The notes below the pieces were generated by a model, which saw nothing but the letters and a program-made list of their open reading frames with translations, did no database searches and was not told where the DNA came from. This document shows positions 10,038-19,687 of a stretch of 64,000 nt of DNA, piece after piece; positions within the stretch are counted from its first letter, which is position 1, and each line of letters opens with the position of its first letter. The stretch comes from an uncultured Pseudomonadota bacterium (GTDB lineage Bacteria > Vulcanimicrobiota > Vulcanimicrobiia > Eremiobacterales > Eremiobacteraceae), in the NCBI GenBank assembly GCA_963736005.1, contig CAVTNB010000001.1, positions 1,824,001-1,888,000 of the forward strand, read 5' to 3'. The translations under genes were made by a program, and so were the position numbers.

Positions 10038-11056
10038 TGGCAATCGCCAGCCACAATGGCACGGCATACGAAGATATCTTGCTGATTCGCACCGACAGAG
10101 TCGGGGATCTCGTCCTTTCGACTCCAGCGATTACGTCGTTTCGGCGCTCGTGGCCCAAGGCGCGTATCACTGCGGTTGTCACGGGGTACACCGAGCCAAT
10201 CTTGCGGCACAATCCCGATATCGATGAGATCGTACTCCTCCCCCACGCGCAGCCGGCAAAAGCCATCGCAAACGTGGCGAAACTTGGACGAAAAATGGGT
10301 CTCGCCGTCGGACTTGCGCCGCGCACAGATGACATCTTCTTGACGGGCGTCTCAGGGGCGACAACGAGGATCGGCTATGTGTATCGCCGGCGCTACCTGA
10401 GCCGTGCCCTTGCCCGGATGTGCCTCACCGACTGGTGTCTTTCGGAGGCGGACCCGGCGCTGGCAGATCGCTTTCCCGACAAGCCGATCATGCACGAGGT
10501 ACGCCAAGTGCTGGCGCTTGTGAGGCTGGCGGGCGGGGATTGGCTCACCGAAGAGCTGACGCTCCGCTTGGGCGACGACGACACCGCCTGGGCAAGAGCC
10601 AACGCGCCCGCGCGAGGCGTCGTTCTCGCGCTTGCGCCGAGATGGTTCATGCATAACTTTGGGGCGGAGGCGGTGCGCTTGCTCATCACGCGCCTCGCCC
10701 ATCGATCGAACAATGTCGTGGTGACCTATGGACCGGATACGAAGGAGCTTGCTGAGAACATTCGTCAGATGTTGCCCCACGAAAACGTCGCGTGGTTTGG
10801 AAATCTGCCACTGTTGCGGTGGGCGGCGGTGCTCGAACAGTCATCCACCGTTGTTACCGTGGATACCGGCGCAACCCACGTTGCAGCCGCGTTGAAAAAA
10901 CCTGTGGTTGTGGTGTTCGAACGAGAATACTTCCGATTATGCTCGCAAGAATGGGGACCGTGGCGCGTTCCCAGCGCCCTGCTAATCAAACCGCCGCGCG
11001 GCGCCAATCCGCAAGCCCTCATTGAAGATATCGCGAACGCGGCCCCCGCCTTATGA
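10037..11056 (+). CDS. Glycosyltransferase family 9 (heptosyltransferase-like)
   Basis: RTDRVGDLVL and VDTGATHVAAA motifs. Confidence 0.9.
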   Translation: MAIASHNGTAYEDILLIRTDRVGDLVLSTPAITSFRRSWPKARITAVVTGYTEPILRHNPDIDEIVLLPHAQPAKAIANVAKLGRKMGLAVGLAPRTDDIFLTGVSGATTRIGYVYRRRYLSRALARMCLTDWCLSEADPALADRFPDKPIMHEVRQVLALVRLAGGDWLTEELTLRLGDDDTAWARANAPARGVVLALAPRWFMHNFGAEAVRLLITRLAHRSNNVVVTYGPDTKELAENIRQMLPHENVAWFGNLPLLRWAAVLEQSSTVVTVDTGATHVAAALKKPVVVVFEREYFRLCSQEWGPWRVPSALLIKPPRGANPQALIEDIANAAPAL

Positions 11057-12000
11057 ATGACCTCGTGCTGTCTGTCGTTATTCCAACGTACAACCGGGTC
11101 AGCACGCTACGCGCCGTCTTGCCGACACTGCTCGATCAAAGCCTCGCAGCCGACTCCTACGAGATCGTCATCGCCGACTCGCGCAGCGACGATGGCACCG
11201 CGGAATATGTGGAGGGAATACGCACAGCCGTCGGTGAGCGGCTTCGCTATCTGCCGGGAGCGTACAGCGGACGAGCCGCAGCCCGCAATGCGGGAATAGC
11301 GCAGGCTCGTGCGCCGGTCGTGCTGTTCACCGATGCTGACATCCTGGCATCCCGCACGCTGCTGGAACGTCACGCCAAGGCCCACGCTGCTGCTGGCCTT
11401 CGCCGCGTCGCGGTCGTGGGCTGCGAGCTGCAGGTGCGTTCGCTCGACGACTATCGTCTGCAACGCGACGATCCAAGCACGCGCAAGCCGCTACACCCGC
11501 GCACGAGGCGTACCCTATCATGGTTGTACTTTCTGACGGGCAACGCATCGGTGCGTCGTGATGACCTTCTCGCCGTTGGATGTTTTGACGAACAGTTTAC
11601 GGGATACGGACACGAAGACTTGGAATTGGGTTACCGGTTGGCGCGCAGCGGCGTTGAGATTCTCTACGACGCCGAGGCAGTGAACTATCACTGGCACCCG
11701 GTCGCCTTCGCTGAGCAGGTCGGCCGCATGGAATTGGCCGGCGTGTCCACCGTTCGCTTCTTTCGCAAGCATCCAGACTTTACCGTGAAGGCAAACCTTG
11801 GCATGACGCCCGTTTCATTATGGCTCCACTCCGCGCTCTCGGCGGCACCTGGATTGCGCCGCGCGCTGGAAAACGCCGGCTCGCGTGAAGAGGCGCCCAA
11901 GAAAAACACGTGGCCTTTTGTCGCGCGCCAGATTGCGTACCAGTACCACTACGTGAGCGGCATCAAGCGTGCGCTGCGGGAAGGCGCAGGCAAGCTGTGA
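11053..12000 (+). CDS. Glycosyltransferase family 2
   Basis: VVIPTYNR, FTDAD, GHEDLELG. Confidence 0.9.
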   Translation: MNDLVLSVVIPTYNRVSTLRAVLPTLLDQSLAADSYEIVIADSRSDDGTAEYVEGIRTAVGERLRYLPGAYSGRAAARNAGIAQARAPVVLFTDADILASRTLLERHAKAHAAAGLRRVAVVGCELQVRSLDDYRLQRDDPSTRKPLHPRTRRTLSWLYFLTGNASVRRDDLLAVGCFDEQFTGYGHEDLELGYRLARSGVEILYDAEAVNYHWHPVAFAEQVGRMELAGVSTVRFFRKHPDFTVKANLGMTPVSLWLHSALSAAPGLRRALENAGSREEAPKKNTWPFVARQIAYQYHYVSGIKRALREGAGKL

Positions 12001-13769
12001 GCCGCGAGCTTTTTCGCCGGGCGAATTGCGGCGAGCTGACAGCCGGCGCGGAAGGCGAGCGCGTCGAACTGTCCGGGTGGGTGAACAGCAGCCGCGATCA
12101 CGGTGGGCTCATTTTTGTCGACCTGCGCGATCGCTTTGGCATCACCCAACTCGTGCTCGATCCCAAAGTGATTCCGGTGGCATCATCCTTGCGCTCCGAA
12201 GATGTCGTGACTGCGCAGGGTCTCGTGCGCCAGCGTCCACCTGGCACGGAGAACGCCAAGCTTGTGACTGGCGAGATCGAGGTCGCCGTGGCAAGCGTCA
12301 CGGTCTTGAATCGATCGAAGACGCCGCCGTTTCCCATCCACAGTGATGTCGACGTCGATGAAAGCCTGCGCCTCCGCTATCGCTACCTAGATCTGCGCCG
12401 GCCGCACTTGCAGCGGAACATCGCGCTGCGGCACCGCGCGATCAAAGCGGTGCGCGACTATCTCGACGCGCAAGGCTTTCTTGAAATCGAAACGCCGATG
12501 CTCATCAAGCAGACCCCTGAAGGCGCGCGAGACTTTATCGTGCCGAGTCGCTTACACCCTGGTGCGTTCTATGCGCTGCCGCAATCGCCGCAGCTCTTTA
12601 AACAGTTGCTGATGGTGTCCGGTTTCCAAAAGTACTTTCAAATAGCACGCTGCTTTCGCGATGAGGACACGCGAGCCGATCGCCAGCCTGAATTCACGCA
12701 GATCGATCTTGAAATGACCTTTCCGACGCAAGACGACGTCATGTCCGTCATGGAAGGGACGCTCGCGCATATGTTTGCCGAGGCGCTGGGCGTCTCGATA
12801 CCGACGCCGTTTGTGCGTCTGCGACACGCACAGGCCATGGCGGAGTACGGTTCGGACAAACCGGATCTGCGTTTTGGCATGAAACTGCACGATGTCGGAG
12901 GCGCCTTTGCCAGCACGGAATTCAAAATCTTTGCGTCGGCGCTCGCGGCCGGCAAGGCCATCATTGCCTTCGCAGAAAGCGGCGGTGCGAGCCGGTCGCG
13001 GCGCGACTTCGATGCCCTCGTGGCGGCGGCGTCCGAGTTCGGAGCCAAAGGTCTCGCCTGGATTGCCCTCGCTGCCGATGGTATGAAGTCATCGCTGCCC
13101 AAATCGGCGTTGACCGATGAGCTCCTCGACACTTTGAAAGCAAAGACTGGGGCGACCGCAAACGATGCGATTTACATGGTTGCAGACGAGCGAGCAACGG
13201 CGCAGACGATTGCCGGCAAGATGCGGCTGCACATCGCCGACCAGCGCAGTTTGCGCGACCCCAAGCAGTTCGCATTTTGCTGGGTTGTCGATTTCCCGCT
13301 TTTCGAGCGCGACCCCGAAACGGGCAGCCTGACGCCCGCTCACCATCCCTTCACCGCGCCGGCTCCGGGCAGCGAATCGCTCGCTGGCGATCCGTTAGCG
13401 TTGCGAGCGCAACACTACGATGTCGTGCTCAACGGGATGGAGTTGGGCTCGGGCTCGATTCGCATTCACGATCCGGCGGTGCAACGCAAGATTTTTGACC
13501 TTTTAGGGTATCCATCCGAGGAAGCCGAGCATCGTTTTGGGTTCCTGCTGGAAGCGTTCGAATATGGAGCTCCCCCACACGGTGGCATTGCGCTTGGCGT
13601 TGATAGAATCATTTTGCTCATGGTGGGTGGCGAATCGATTCGAGAGACGATAGCCTTTCCAAAGAATCAGCGCTTCCAGGACGTCATGATCGACGCGCCC
13701 GCGCCGGTTGGCCCAGAGGTGCTCCGAGAATTGCATTTGCGCACGGACGCTGGCGCGCGGCCTTCGTGA
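11997..13769 (+). CDS. aspS: Aspartyl-tRNA synthetase, probably non-discriminating
   Basis: RDHGG, LRYRYLDLRR, PQSPQLFKQ, CFRDED.RADRQPEFTQ, GAPPHGG; GTG 11997 overlaps the upstream stop. Confidence 0.98.
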   Translation: MSRELFRRANCGELTAGAEGERVELSGWVNSSRDHGGLIFVDLRDRFGITQLVLDPKVIPVASSLRSEDVVTAQGLVRQRPPGTENAKLVTGEIEVAVASVTVLNRSKTPPFPIHSDVDVDESLRLRYRYLDLRRPHLQRNIALRHRAIKAVRDYLDAQGFLEIETPMLIKQTPEGARDFIVPSRLHPGAFYALPQSPQLFKQLLMVSGFQKYFQIARCFRDEDTRADRQPEFTQIDLEMTFPTQDDVMSVMEGTLAHMFAEALGVSIPTPFVRLRHAQAMAEYGSDKPDLRFGMKLHDVGGAFASTEFKIFASALAAGKAIIAFAESGGASRSRRDFDALVAAASEFGAKGLAWIALAADGMKSSLPKSALTDELLDTLKAKTGATANDAIYMVADERATAQTIAGKMRLHIADQRSLRDPKQFAFCWVVDFPLFERDPETGSLTPAHHPFTAPAPGSESLAGDPLALRAQHYDVVLNGMELGSGSIRIHDPAVQRKIFDLLGYPSEEAEHRFGFLLEAFEYGAPPHGGIALGVDRIILLMVGGESIRETIAFPKNQRFQDVMIDAPAPVGPEVLRELHLRTDAGARPS

Positions 13770-14623
13770 TGCAATCCATTCCGCTGGTTCGAGAGAGCGA
13801 AGCCACCGAAGAACGCGCTCGCGAGGCGTTCCGCGACATCAAGAATGCGCTGCGCGTCCCTATCGTCAACCTGATCTTTCAGGCGTGGGCGGCGGTACCG
13901 CGCTTTTTGGACCTCACGTGGCGCCGCATGCGCCCGAACGTGCTCACGGCTGAATTTGGGGCACTGGCCGCCCGCATCGAGCGCGACGTGCGCGCTGGAA
14001 CTGCCGATTGGCCCGTGGCCGATCATGCTGCGCAACTGCGGGCGAGAGCGGTGAGCGACGCCGAGATCGCGCGGATGCGCGAAGTCATCGAGCTCTTCGC
14101 GCAGGTAAATCCCAAGCTTGCGATCTTGGCCTGCGCGGTTGAGGGTGCGCTCGCAGGGCATCCGGTTGGCGGCGCTGGTTCGAAAGGCCCGCACCGCGAA
14201 GAGGTGCGGGAACGGCCCAAGGAATTTCGAGGCGTGCGTTTTTCCCTTGTCGAGGAGCGCGACGCGCCGCCCCGCGTCCGTGCTATTTATGAGGACATGC
14301 GAGCGACCTTGCACCTGCCGTTTATCGAAACCGAATACAAGGCGATGGCGTCGTATCCAGATTGGCTGGAAGTGTGGTGGAAGGATTGCAAGCCCAAGGT
14401 AGCAGACCCGCGCTACGAACGGCTGACGCACGCGATCGCAAGCGCGGCGACTGAGGCTTCAAAGTCATTGCCGCATGGTTTGTTTATGAGCGTCGATCTG
14501 CTGGAGAGATCCGATATTGATGAAGGCAAGCGCAAAGAGCTCAAACGCGTGACAGGGACCTTCGTCCGTCTCTTGCCTGGGTTGATGATCAACGTGGAAC
14601 TCGCCCGCCGCGGCCTCGGTTAA
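13766..14623 (+). CDS. DehI-family (group I haloacid dehalogenase fold) protein
   Basis: Internal pseudo-duplication (DIKNALRVPIVN..W / DMRATLHLPFIE..W) with NPK and HPVGG, similar to DehI as I recall it. Confidence 0.75.
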   Translation: MMQSIPLVRESEATEERAREAFRDIKNALRVPIVNLIFQAWAAVPRFLDLTWRRMRPNVLTAEFGALAARIERDVRAGTADWPVADHAAQLRARAVSDAEIARMREVIELFAQVNPKLAILACAVEGALAGHPVGGAGSKGPHREEVRERPKEFRGVRFSLVEERDAPPRVRAIYEDMRATLHLPFIETEYKAMASYPDWLEVWWKDCKPKVADPRYERLTHAIASAATEASKSLPHGLFMSVDLLERSDIDEGKRKELKRVTGTFVRLLPGLMINVELARRGLG

Positions 14624-14626
14624 ATT

Positions 14627-15664
14627 TTATTCGCGCGTTCTTACTTGACGCAACACCTGGGCCGGAGCAATCACATACACGATGCCACCCGAACCTTGCA
14701 TCCACACGCGTTCGAATTGTGCTCGCTTGTACACGATGCGAATGTGGCCAGGCAATGCATACGGGTCGTTGGCAATCACATCGCCGTCTTGCGTGAAGCC
14801 ACGTACGACCAACAAATGCCCGTCGGTCTTCTCGTATGGAGAGCCGTCGAGCTCGCCGGGCGCGACGCGAATGCTCGCCACGAGTGGAATGTCGCGCTCG
14901 ATATAACGCTCCATGTCGGCCAGGCCCGCTAGGCGCTCCACCCATCCCGCCAGGCCGTGCTCCGACGCGAACGCGACGTTGAAGGGCCAATTTCCACAGC
15001 CCTCATAGACGGGATCGTATGTGCCTTCGGCCGCAGCGGGCACGTCGACATTCCACTGCGGATGATCCAACCGTACGGCCCAGTACGCCATGACCATGGA
15101 AACGCTCGTCGGGCTGCACCATGCGTCGCCGCCGCCCGCGAGAGCATCGGGCGATTCGCGGATTCGCTGCGTGCGCTGCGGAACGTTAAGGTCAATCCCC
15201 CATGCGGCGACCTTGCTTTGGGACGCCACAGCGGGCGGCGCTGCCGCTCCCGTCGTGACGGCAACCAGAGAGAGGCTCGGTGCCGCTCCGCTCTGCGCGC
15301 GGTGCGAGAAGACGCGCACTTGCCAAGCGTTGGCCGAAGTGTCGAGCACGAGTGTGTCTGTCTCGACTTTGCCGTCTGCATCGGCCGCAGCATTGACTGA
15401 ATGACGGTGCGCTGCGCCCCGCTCGCGACTCCAGTTCCCCATGGCATACCAGTTTGTCCAGCGGTCGCCGATGCGCGCGCGCAGCTGGATTTCGATCCAC
15501 GAGTCGTCGGGCGTGCGAACGTTGTATGAAGCAATCGCGGTTGTAAAGCCGCGGCCCACTGCTTGCACCGTTGACGTAAAGTCGTGGTTGATGCCATCCG
15601 CAAAACGAAAGACCGTCAAAGACACGGCAAACACGAGCGCAACGTTCAGATTTCCCACTCCCAC
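14627..15664 (-). CDS. Peptidase C39-like family protein
   Basis: CSPTSVSMVMAYW, GNWPFN, GHLLVVRG, NDP (Cys-His-Asp triad). Confidence 0.85.
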   Translation of the reverse strand: MGVGNLNVALVFAVSLTVFRFADGINHDFTSTVQAVGRGFTTAIASYNVRTPDDSWIEIQLRARIGDRWTNWYAMGNWSRERGAAHRHSVNAAADADGKVETDTLVLDTSANAWQVRVFSHRAQSGAAPSLSLVAVTTGAAAPPAVASQSKVAAWGIDLNVPQRTQRIRESPDALAGGGDAWCSPTSVSMVMAYWAVRLDHPQWNVDVPAAAEGTYDPVYEGCGNWPFNVAFASEHGLAGWVERLAGLADMERYIERDIPLVASIRVAPGELDGSPYEKTDGHLLVVRGFTQDGDVIANDPYALPGHIRIVYKRAQFERVWMQGSGGIVYVIAPAQVLRQVRTRE

Positions 15665-17303
15665 GCGTTCCAGTAGTCAGAGATAACTGGCGAAGGTTTG
15701 AAATTCTTGAAGTCGGCGTTGCCGGCGATCACAATCTTATCCCAATAGATAATTTCAGCTGGGACCTCGTCGAGCATGATCCGCCACGCCTCCTGATAAT
15801 CGCGGCGGCGGCGGCGCAGGATCGTAGGATACTTGCGCGTCGCGCAAATATGCGTCCACGGTCTGGTTGCAGTAGAAGTTTGTGTTCGCACCGTGTGGGC
15901 GGGAACCAATCGCAGCCCCAGTTCGCCAAATTGTCTGGATCAACGCCTTCAGTATTGACGATCCACGCCATATCGTAGGTGCCGCCGTAGAGCGGGCCAT
16001 GTTCGGCAAAGAGCACGCTTCCCGCATAGTTCTTCACCGACAGCGCAATGCCGACGCGCCGCAGTTCGTCGGCGACGAGGATCTCCGCGTCCGCGTTCGG
16101 GCGGTTGTCGGTTGCAGACGAAATAGAGAGCTCGAGCCTTTTTCCGTTCTTCACCCGAATGCCGTCCTGAGCTGACTGCCAACCCGCCGCGGACAAGAGC
16201 CTCGCTGCCTCCACCGGTTGGTAGGGGATGGGTGGCAAATCATTTGCAGCCCAAGAAAAGGGCGGCACGTCTGTTGCAGCGCGCACCGCAAGTCCCCCGT
16301 ACACATCTGCGATGATCATGGGCACGTCGATCGCGCGCGCGATTGCTCGGCGAACATTCGGGTCTCGCAAGATCGGGCTGCGCAAGTTGAAGTCCAGGTG
16401 GCGATAATTTGCTTGCAGCTGCGTCTTGACCCAAATGCCCGGCACGCCTTTCAGTTGCGGCACCAGAGTTTTTGCAACCCCGTCAACCAGATCGATTTCG
16501 TGCGTGCGCAATTCATTAAGCTGGGTCGTGGAATCCGGGATGACTTCCATGTCAATCTCGCGTACGTGCGGCGGTCCGCGCCAGTAGCGCTGGTTGGCCA
16601 TAAAGACAAGAGTGGACCCGTGAAGCCACTGCCGCAGAACGAACGGACCATCCCCAATGGGATTTTGGTCGTACGGTATGTTGTCGATCGACCGGTCGCG
16701 CGAGAGCAGGTGTGCGGGCAACGGCGGAAACGTGCCTTCAGAGAAGAGGTACACGGCCGGGCTGAAAGGTTGCTTCATGACGAAGGTAACGCGGTGCGCG
16801 TTCTCCGCAATCATGCTCTTGATCTTGTCGTAGCCGGCAGTGTAGACGACGGGATTCCTGCCATCCACGATTGCATGCCACGTGAAGATAACGTCTTGCG
16901 CGGTCACCGGCTGGCCATCTGACCAGACAGCGCTGCGCCGCAGCGGAAAGGTGATGCGCAGACCATCCTTGCTAATGAGCCCGTTCGCTAAAGTAGGAAA
17001 TTGCGTAGCGAGCGCGGGCACCGGTCGCTCGCGGTCGTCATAGCGAAAGAACGGCTCGAAGAGGAGCGCGGTGACGTCATCCGCAGACGACTGATTCGAA
17101 AACATGCGAATGAGCGAGTTCGGCTCTTCCGCCACGGCGAGCCGGACGATGCCGTGGATGGTCCACGACTTCGGGGCAACGGCGCTGCTCGAGGACGACA
17201 ATCTCGTGCACGAAGACAAAAGCGCGACAAGGGGAATGACGAGGGCGCAGGCCCGCAGGACACGCCGCCTCAACGGCGCGCGGCCTGCGGAGGTGCTGTC
17301 CAT
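15646..17303 (-). CDS. Peptide ABC transporter substrate-binding lipoprotein (family 5), two apparent frameshifts near 15898 and 15810
   Basis: Lipobox LLSSC, WSDGQPVTAQDV, PIGDGPF. The C-terminus continues in two other frames (GANTNFYCN..., then ...WNAWEWEI). Confidence 0.85.
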
Positions 17304-18364
17304 TTCGCCGTCCGTTGCGCCGCGGCTCGGACGGCGCGCCAAAGCCTTGCGCCGCCGAACCGCACGGCATCATCGGTCACAAGACCAGTGTCCGCCTGCG
17401 TTCTTTGGATGAAGGCTTGCGCCTCGGCGGCATCGAGCGCACTCGTGTTCAGCGCAATCGCAACGCAGGGGGCGGCTTTGATCGGTGCGCAAGCCGATTC
17501 ATGGAGGTTCGCGAGCGTGCGGAGGTCGGGGATGGGCACGTCAAAATCCTCGATCGAGTCTCTCCCAACCTCATGACACAGAACGAGCACATCAGGAGCA
17601 CAACCAAGCATTAGGCCGTACGTGACCGGCGCAAATGCCGGATGAAGGATGCTTCCCTGACCTTCCACGAGGGAGAATCGGGCGTCGGGCGCGACATCCA
17701 GCACGAGCTGCTCGGCAGCGCCTGAAACAAAATCTGAAATCACCCGATCGACCGAGATGCCTTTCCCCGCAATCATGATGCCGGTCTGCCCGGTGGCGAC
17801 GAATTCAGCGCGTTCGTTCGCAGCACGAGCGGCGGCCGCGAGTTCGAGCATTGCGGACATCTTCCCGACTGCGCAGTCGCTGCCGACGGCGAGCACCACA
17901 ACTTGCGGCACGCGGTACGCAGCACCTGAAAACAGGGGAATCGTCTCGGGCGTCTTGCGGACGTCCCACAGGCGCGCGCCGCTTGCCTTCGCGCGCGCAA
18001 CAAATTCTGCGTCCTCGGAGACGAACTGGTGGAGTCCGTTGACGATTTCCAGTTTTGCGTCGATGGCGTCGAGAACATGTGCGCGGAATTGCTTCGGCAA
18101 CGCGCCACCGGAGACGGCAACGCCCACGAGCAGCGAGGTGGGCGAGAACGCGAGCGCCTCGCGAATCGTCGAGACAATGGGCGCATCGCGGTCCAATTCT
18201 GGCAGCACGTTGCGCAGCGTGCGGCCAGCGTGCGCGCTGTCAACAACGGCAACCACGTCATCGGACGAGTAACGCAACACGCCGTGCGCAGTTTTGGCGT
18301 GATGCGCGTCTTGCAGATGACCTTCGGTCAGCGCGACGTACCGCCGTTTGGGGTGCTCGGCCAT
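17270..18364 (-). CDS. DUF1611 family protein (DgcN-like D-glutamate N-acetyltransferase family)
   Basis: AKTAHGVLRY, NGLH, GSDCAVGKM, TGQTG, DFVSGA, VEGQGS. Confidence 0.9.
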   Translation of the reverse strand: MAEHPKRRYVALTEGHLQDAHHAKTAHGVLRYSSDDVVAVVDSAHAGRTLRNVLPELDRDAPIVSTIREALAFSPTSLLVGVAVSGGALPKQFRAHVLDAIDAKLEIVNGLHQFVSEDAEFVARAKASGARLWDVRKTPETIPLFSGAAYRVPQVVVLAVGSDCAVGKMSAMLELAAAARAANERAEFVATGQTGIMIAGKGISVDRVISDFVSGAAEQLVLDVAPDARFSLVEGQGSILHPAFAPVTYGLMLGCAPDVLVLCHEVGRDSIEDFDVPIPDLRTLANLHESACAPIKAAPCVAIALNTSALDAAEAQAFIQRTQADTGLVTDDAVRFGGARLWRAVRAAAQRTAKWTAPPQAARR

Positions 18365-18372
18365 ACGCAACG

Positions 18373-19380
18373 TTACGTCGCTTGTCGCGCCGCCACCCCT
18401 AGGCCCGGGGTATCCGGCAAACGCAGTTGCGCACCGTCGTACCCAACGCCACTGAAGGGATCGTCCGTGATGAGCAGTGGTCCATCGAGGTCGGCGTAAT
18501 CGCACAGCGGGGTGAGATGCGCCGCAGCGGTTGCGAGCACGGAGGACTCGATCATGCATCCGATCATGATCTTCATGCTCATGGCGCGCGCTGTGTGAAT
18601 CATGCGCAGCGCTTCGCGTAAACCGCCGCACTTGACGAGCTTGATATTGATGCCGTCAACGCAACCCCATAATGGCGGAAGATCCGCGGACGTCAAACTA
18701 TCTTCATCCACGACAATCGGGATCTTGGAATGTTCTCGCACGAATCGCAACTGTTCGGGATGACCCGCCTCGATCGGCTGCTCGCAAAATTCGATGTCAA
18801 AGCGCGCAAGTTCGGCGAGCATGGCAACCGCTGTCTGCGGCGCCCAACCTTCGTTCGCGTCGACGCGGATCGTGCCGCGATAGAACGACCGAATGGCTTC
18901 AATCGTCTCGATGGAGTGCTCGCCGCCCACTTTGACTTTGAGAATTGGGAAATGTTGCGCTTGCTTCGTTTTCTCAATTGTCGTCGGAAGATCGGCGATG
19001 CCAATCGTGAACGACGTTTTCAAAGCGCGCGTTGGATCGAGTCCAAACAGTGTAGAGAGCGGAATGCCTAAGCGTTTCCCGGCAAGGTCGTGCAGGGCAA
19101 GATCGAGCGCGCAGCGCGCGCCAGCTCCGTTCCCGCAAAGATCGAGCACCGGGTCGAAATGCCAGAGGTCGAGATTGCGCAGCGACAGTCGCTCTAATTG
19201 CGCAGCGACGAGATCGGGACTTTCGTCGTAACGCGCAATGGGAGCCGATTCGCCGAGCGCCTCAATGCCGTCGGCGTTGAGGCGAAGGAGAACCGTTTGG
19301 GCAACGTCTTCAGACCCACGGCTTATTCGAAAGGTATGCCGCAAATGTAGGTCAAGTTTTTCGGTCGTTATGCGCGTCAC
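18373..19380 (-). CDS. Dipeptide epimerase (L-Ala-D/L-Glu epimerase / DgcA-like, enolase superfamily)
   Basis: FRISRG, KVK, DANEGW, EQP, NIKLVKCGG, GCMIES, DLDG. Confidence 0.92.
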   Translation of the reverse strand: MTRITTEKLDLHLRHTFRISRGSEDVAQTVLLRLNADGIEALGESAPIARYDESPDLVAAQLERLSLRNLDLWHFDPVLDLCGNGAGARCALDLALHDLAGKRLGIPLSTLFGLDPTRALKTSFTIGIADLPTTIEKTKQAQHFPILKVKVGGEHSIETIEAIRSFYRGTIRVDANEGWAPQTAVAMLAELARFDIEFCEQPIEAGHPEQLRFVREHSKIPIVVDEDSLTSADLPPLWGCVDGINIKLVKCGGLREALRMIHTARAMSMKIMIGCMIESSVLATAAAHLTPLCDYADLDGPLLITDDPFSGVGYDGAQLRLPDTPGLGVAARQAT

Positions 19381-19411
19381 TGTTGTTGAATGAATTTGCG
19401 TTTGTCAAGAC

Positions 19412-19440
19412 TTGTCTTTCTGCACGGTGCATGGTAGGTT
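19412..19440 (+). promoter_or_regulatory. Sigma70-type promoter for 6S RNA
   Basis: TTGTCT-17 bp-TAGGTT with an extended -10 TG. Confidence 0.55.
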
Positions 19441-19468
19441 AGTTCCACTGCGCGATTGCATCGCGCAC

Positions 19469-19650
19469 TTCCCTGGGGTGTGCGAGAGCTCGTCTTGTGA
19501 TTGATCCAACACAATCACGAGAGGGAGCTTGACTCTGAACCCACTTGTGCAAGCCCTCCACGTTGAGGGAAGCCTTCCGGGGTTTAGGTAAGCACCCAAC
19601 CTGCAAACTGCGGGTTCAAATCCCTGGCGGGTAACGGCACTTTGGGGGAA
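19469..19650 (+). ncRNA. ssrS: 6S RNA
   Basis: 182 nt. Ends pair (TTCCCTGGGGTG..CG / CGGCACTTTGGGGGAA); internal TGAACCC..GGGTTCA stem; CACCCAACCTG; own promoter and terminator. Confidence 0.85.
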
Positions 19651-19653
19651 CGC

Positions 19654-19682
19654 AACGGCCCGGTCGATCGACCGGGCCGTTT
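19654..19682. terminator. Intrinsic terminator hairpin, probably bidirectional
   Basis: AACGGCCCGGTCG-AT-CGACCGGGCCGTTT between 6S RNA and a convergent gene. Confidence 0.8.
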
Positions 19683-19687
19683 CATGG

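Noticed and set aside
19405..19599. 64-aa minus-strand ORF; also a tRNA-like GGGTTCAAATCCC at ~19612
   Set aside because: Both fall within the 6S RNA. The T-arm-like string pairs with TGAACCC in the 6S stem and no cloverleaf forms.
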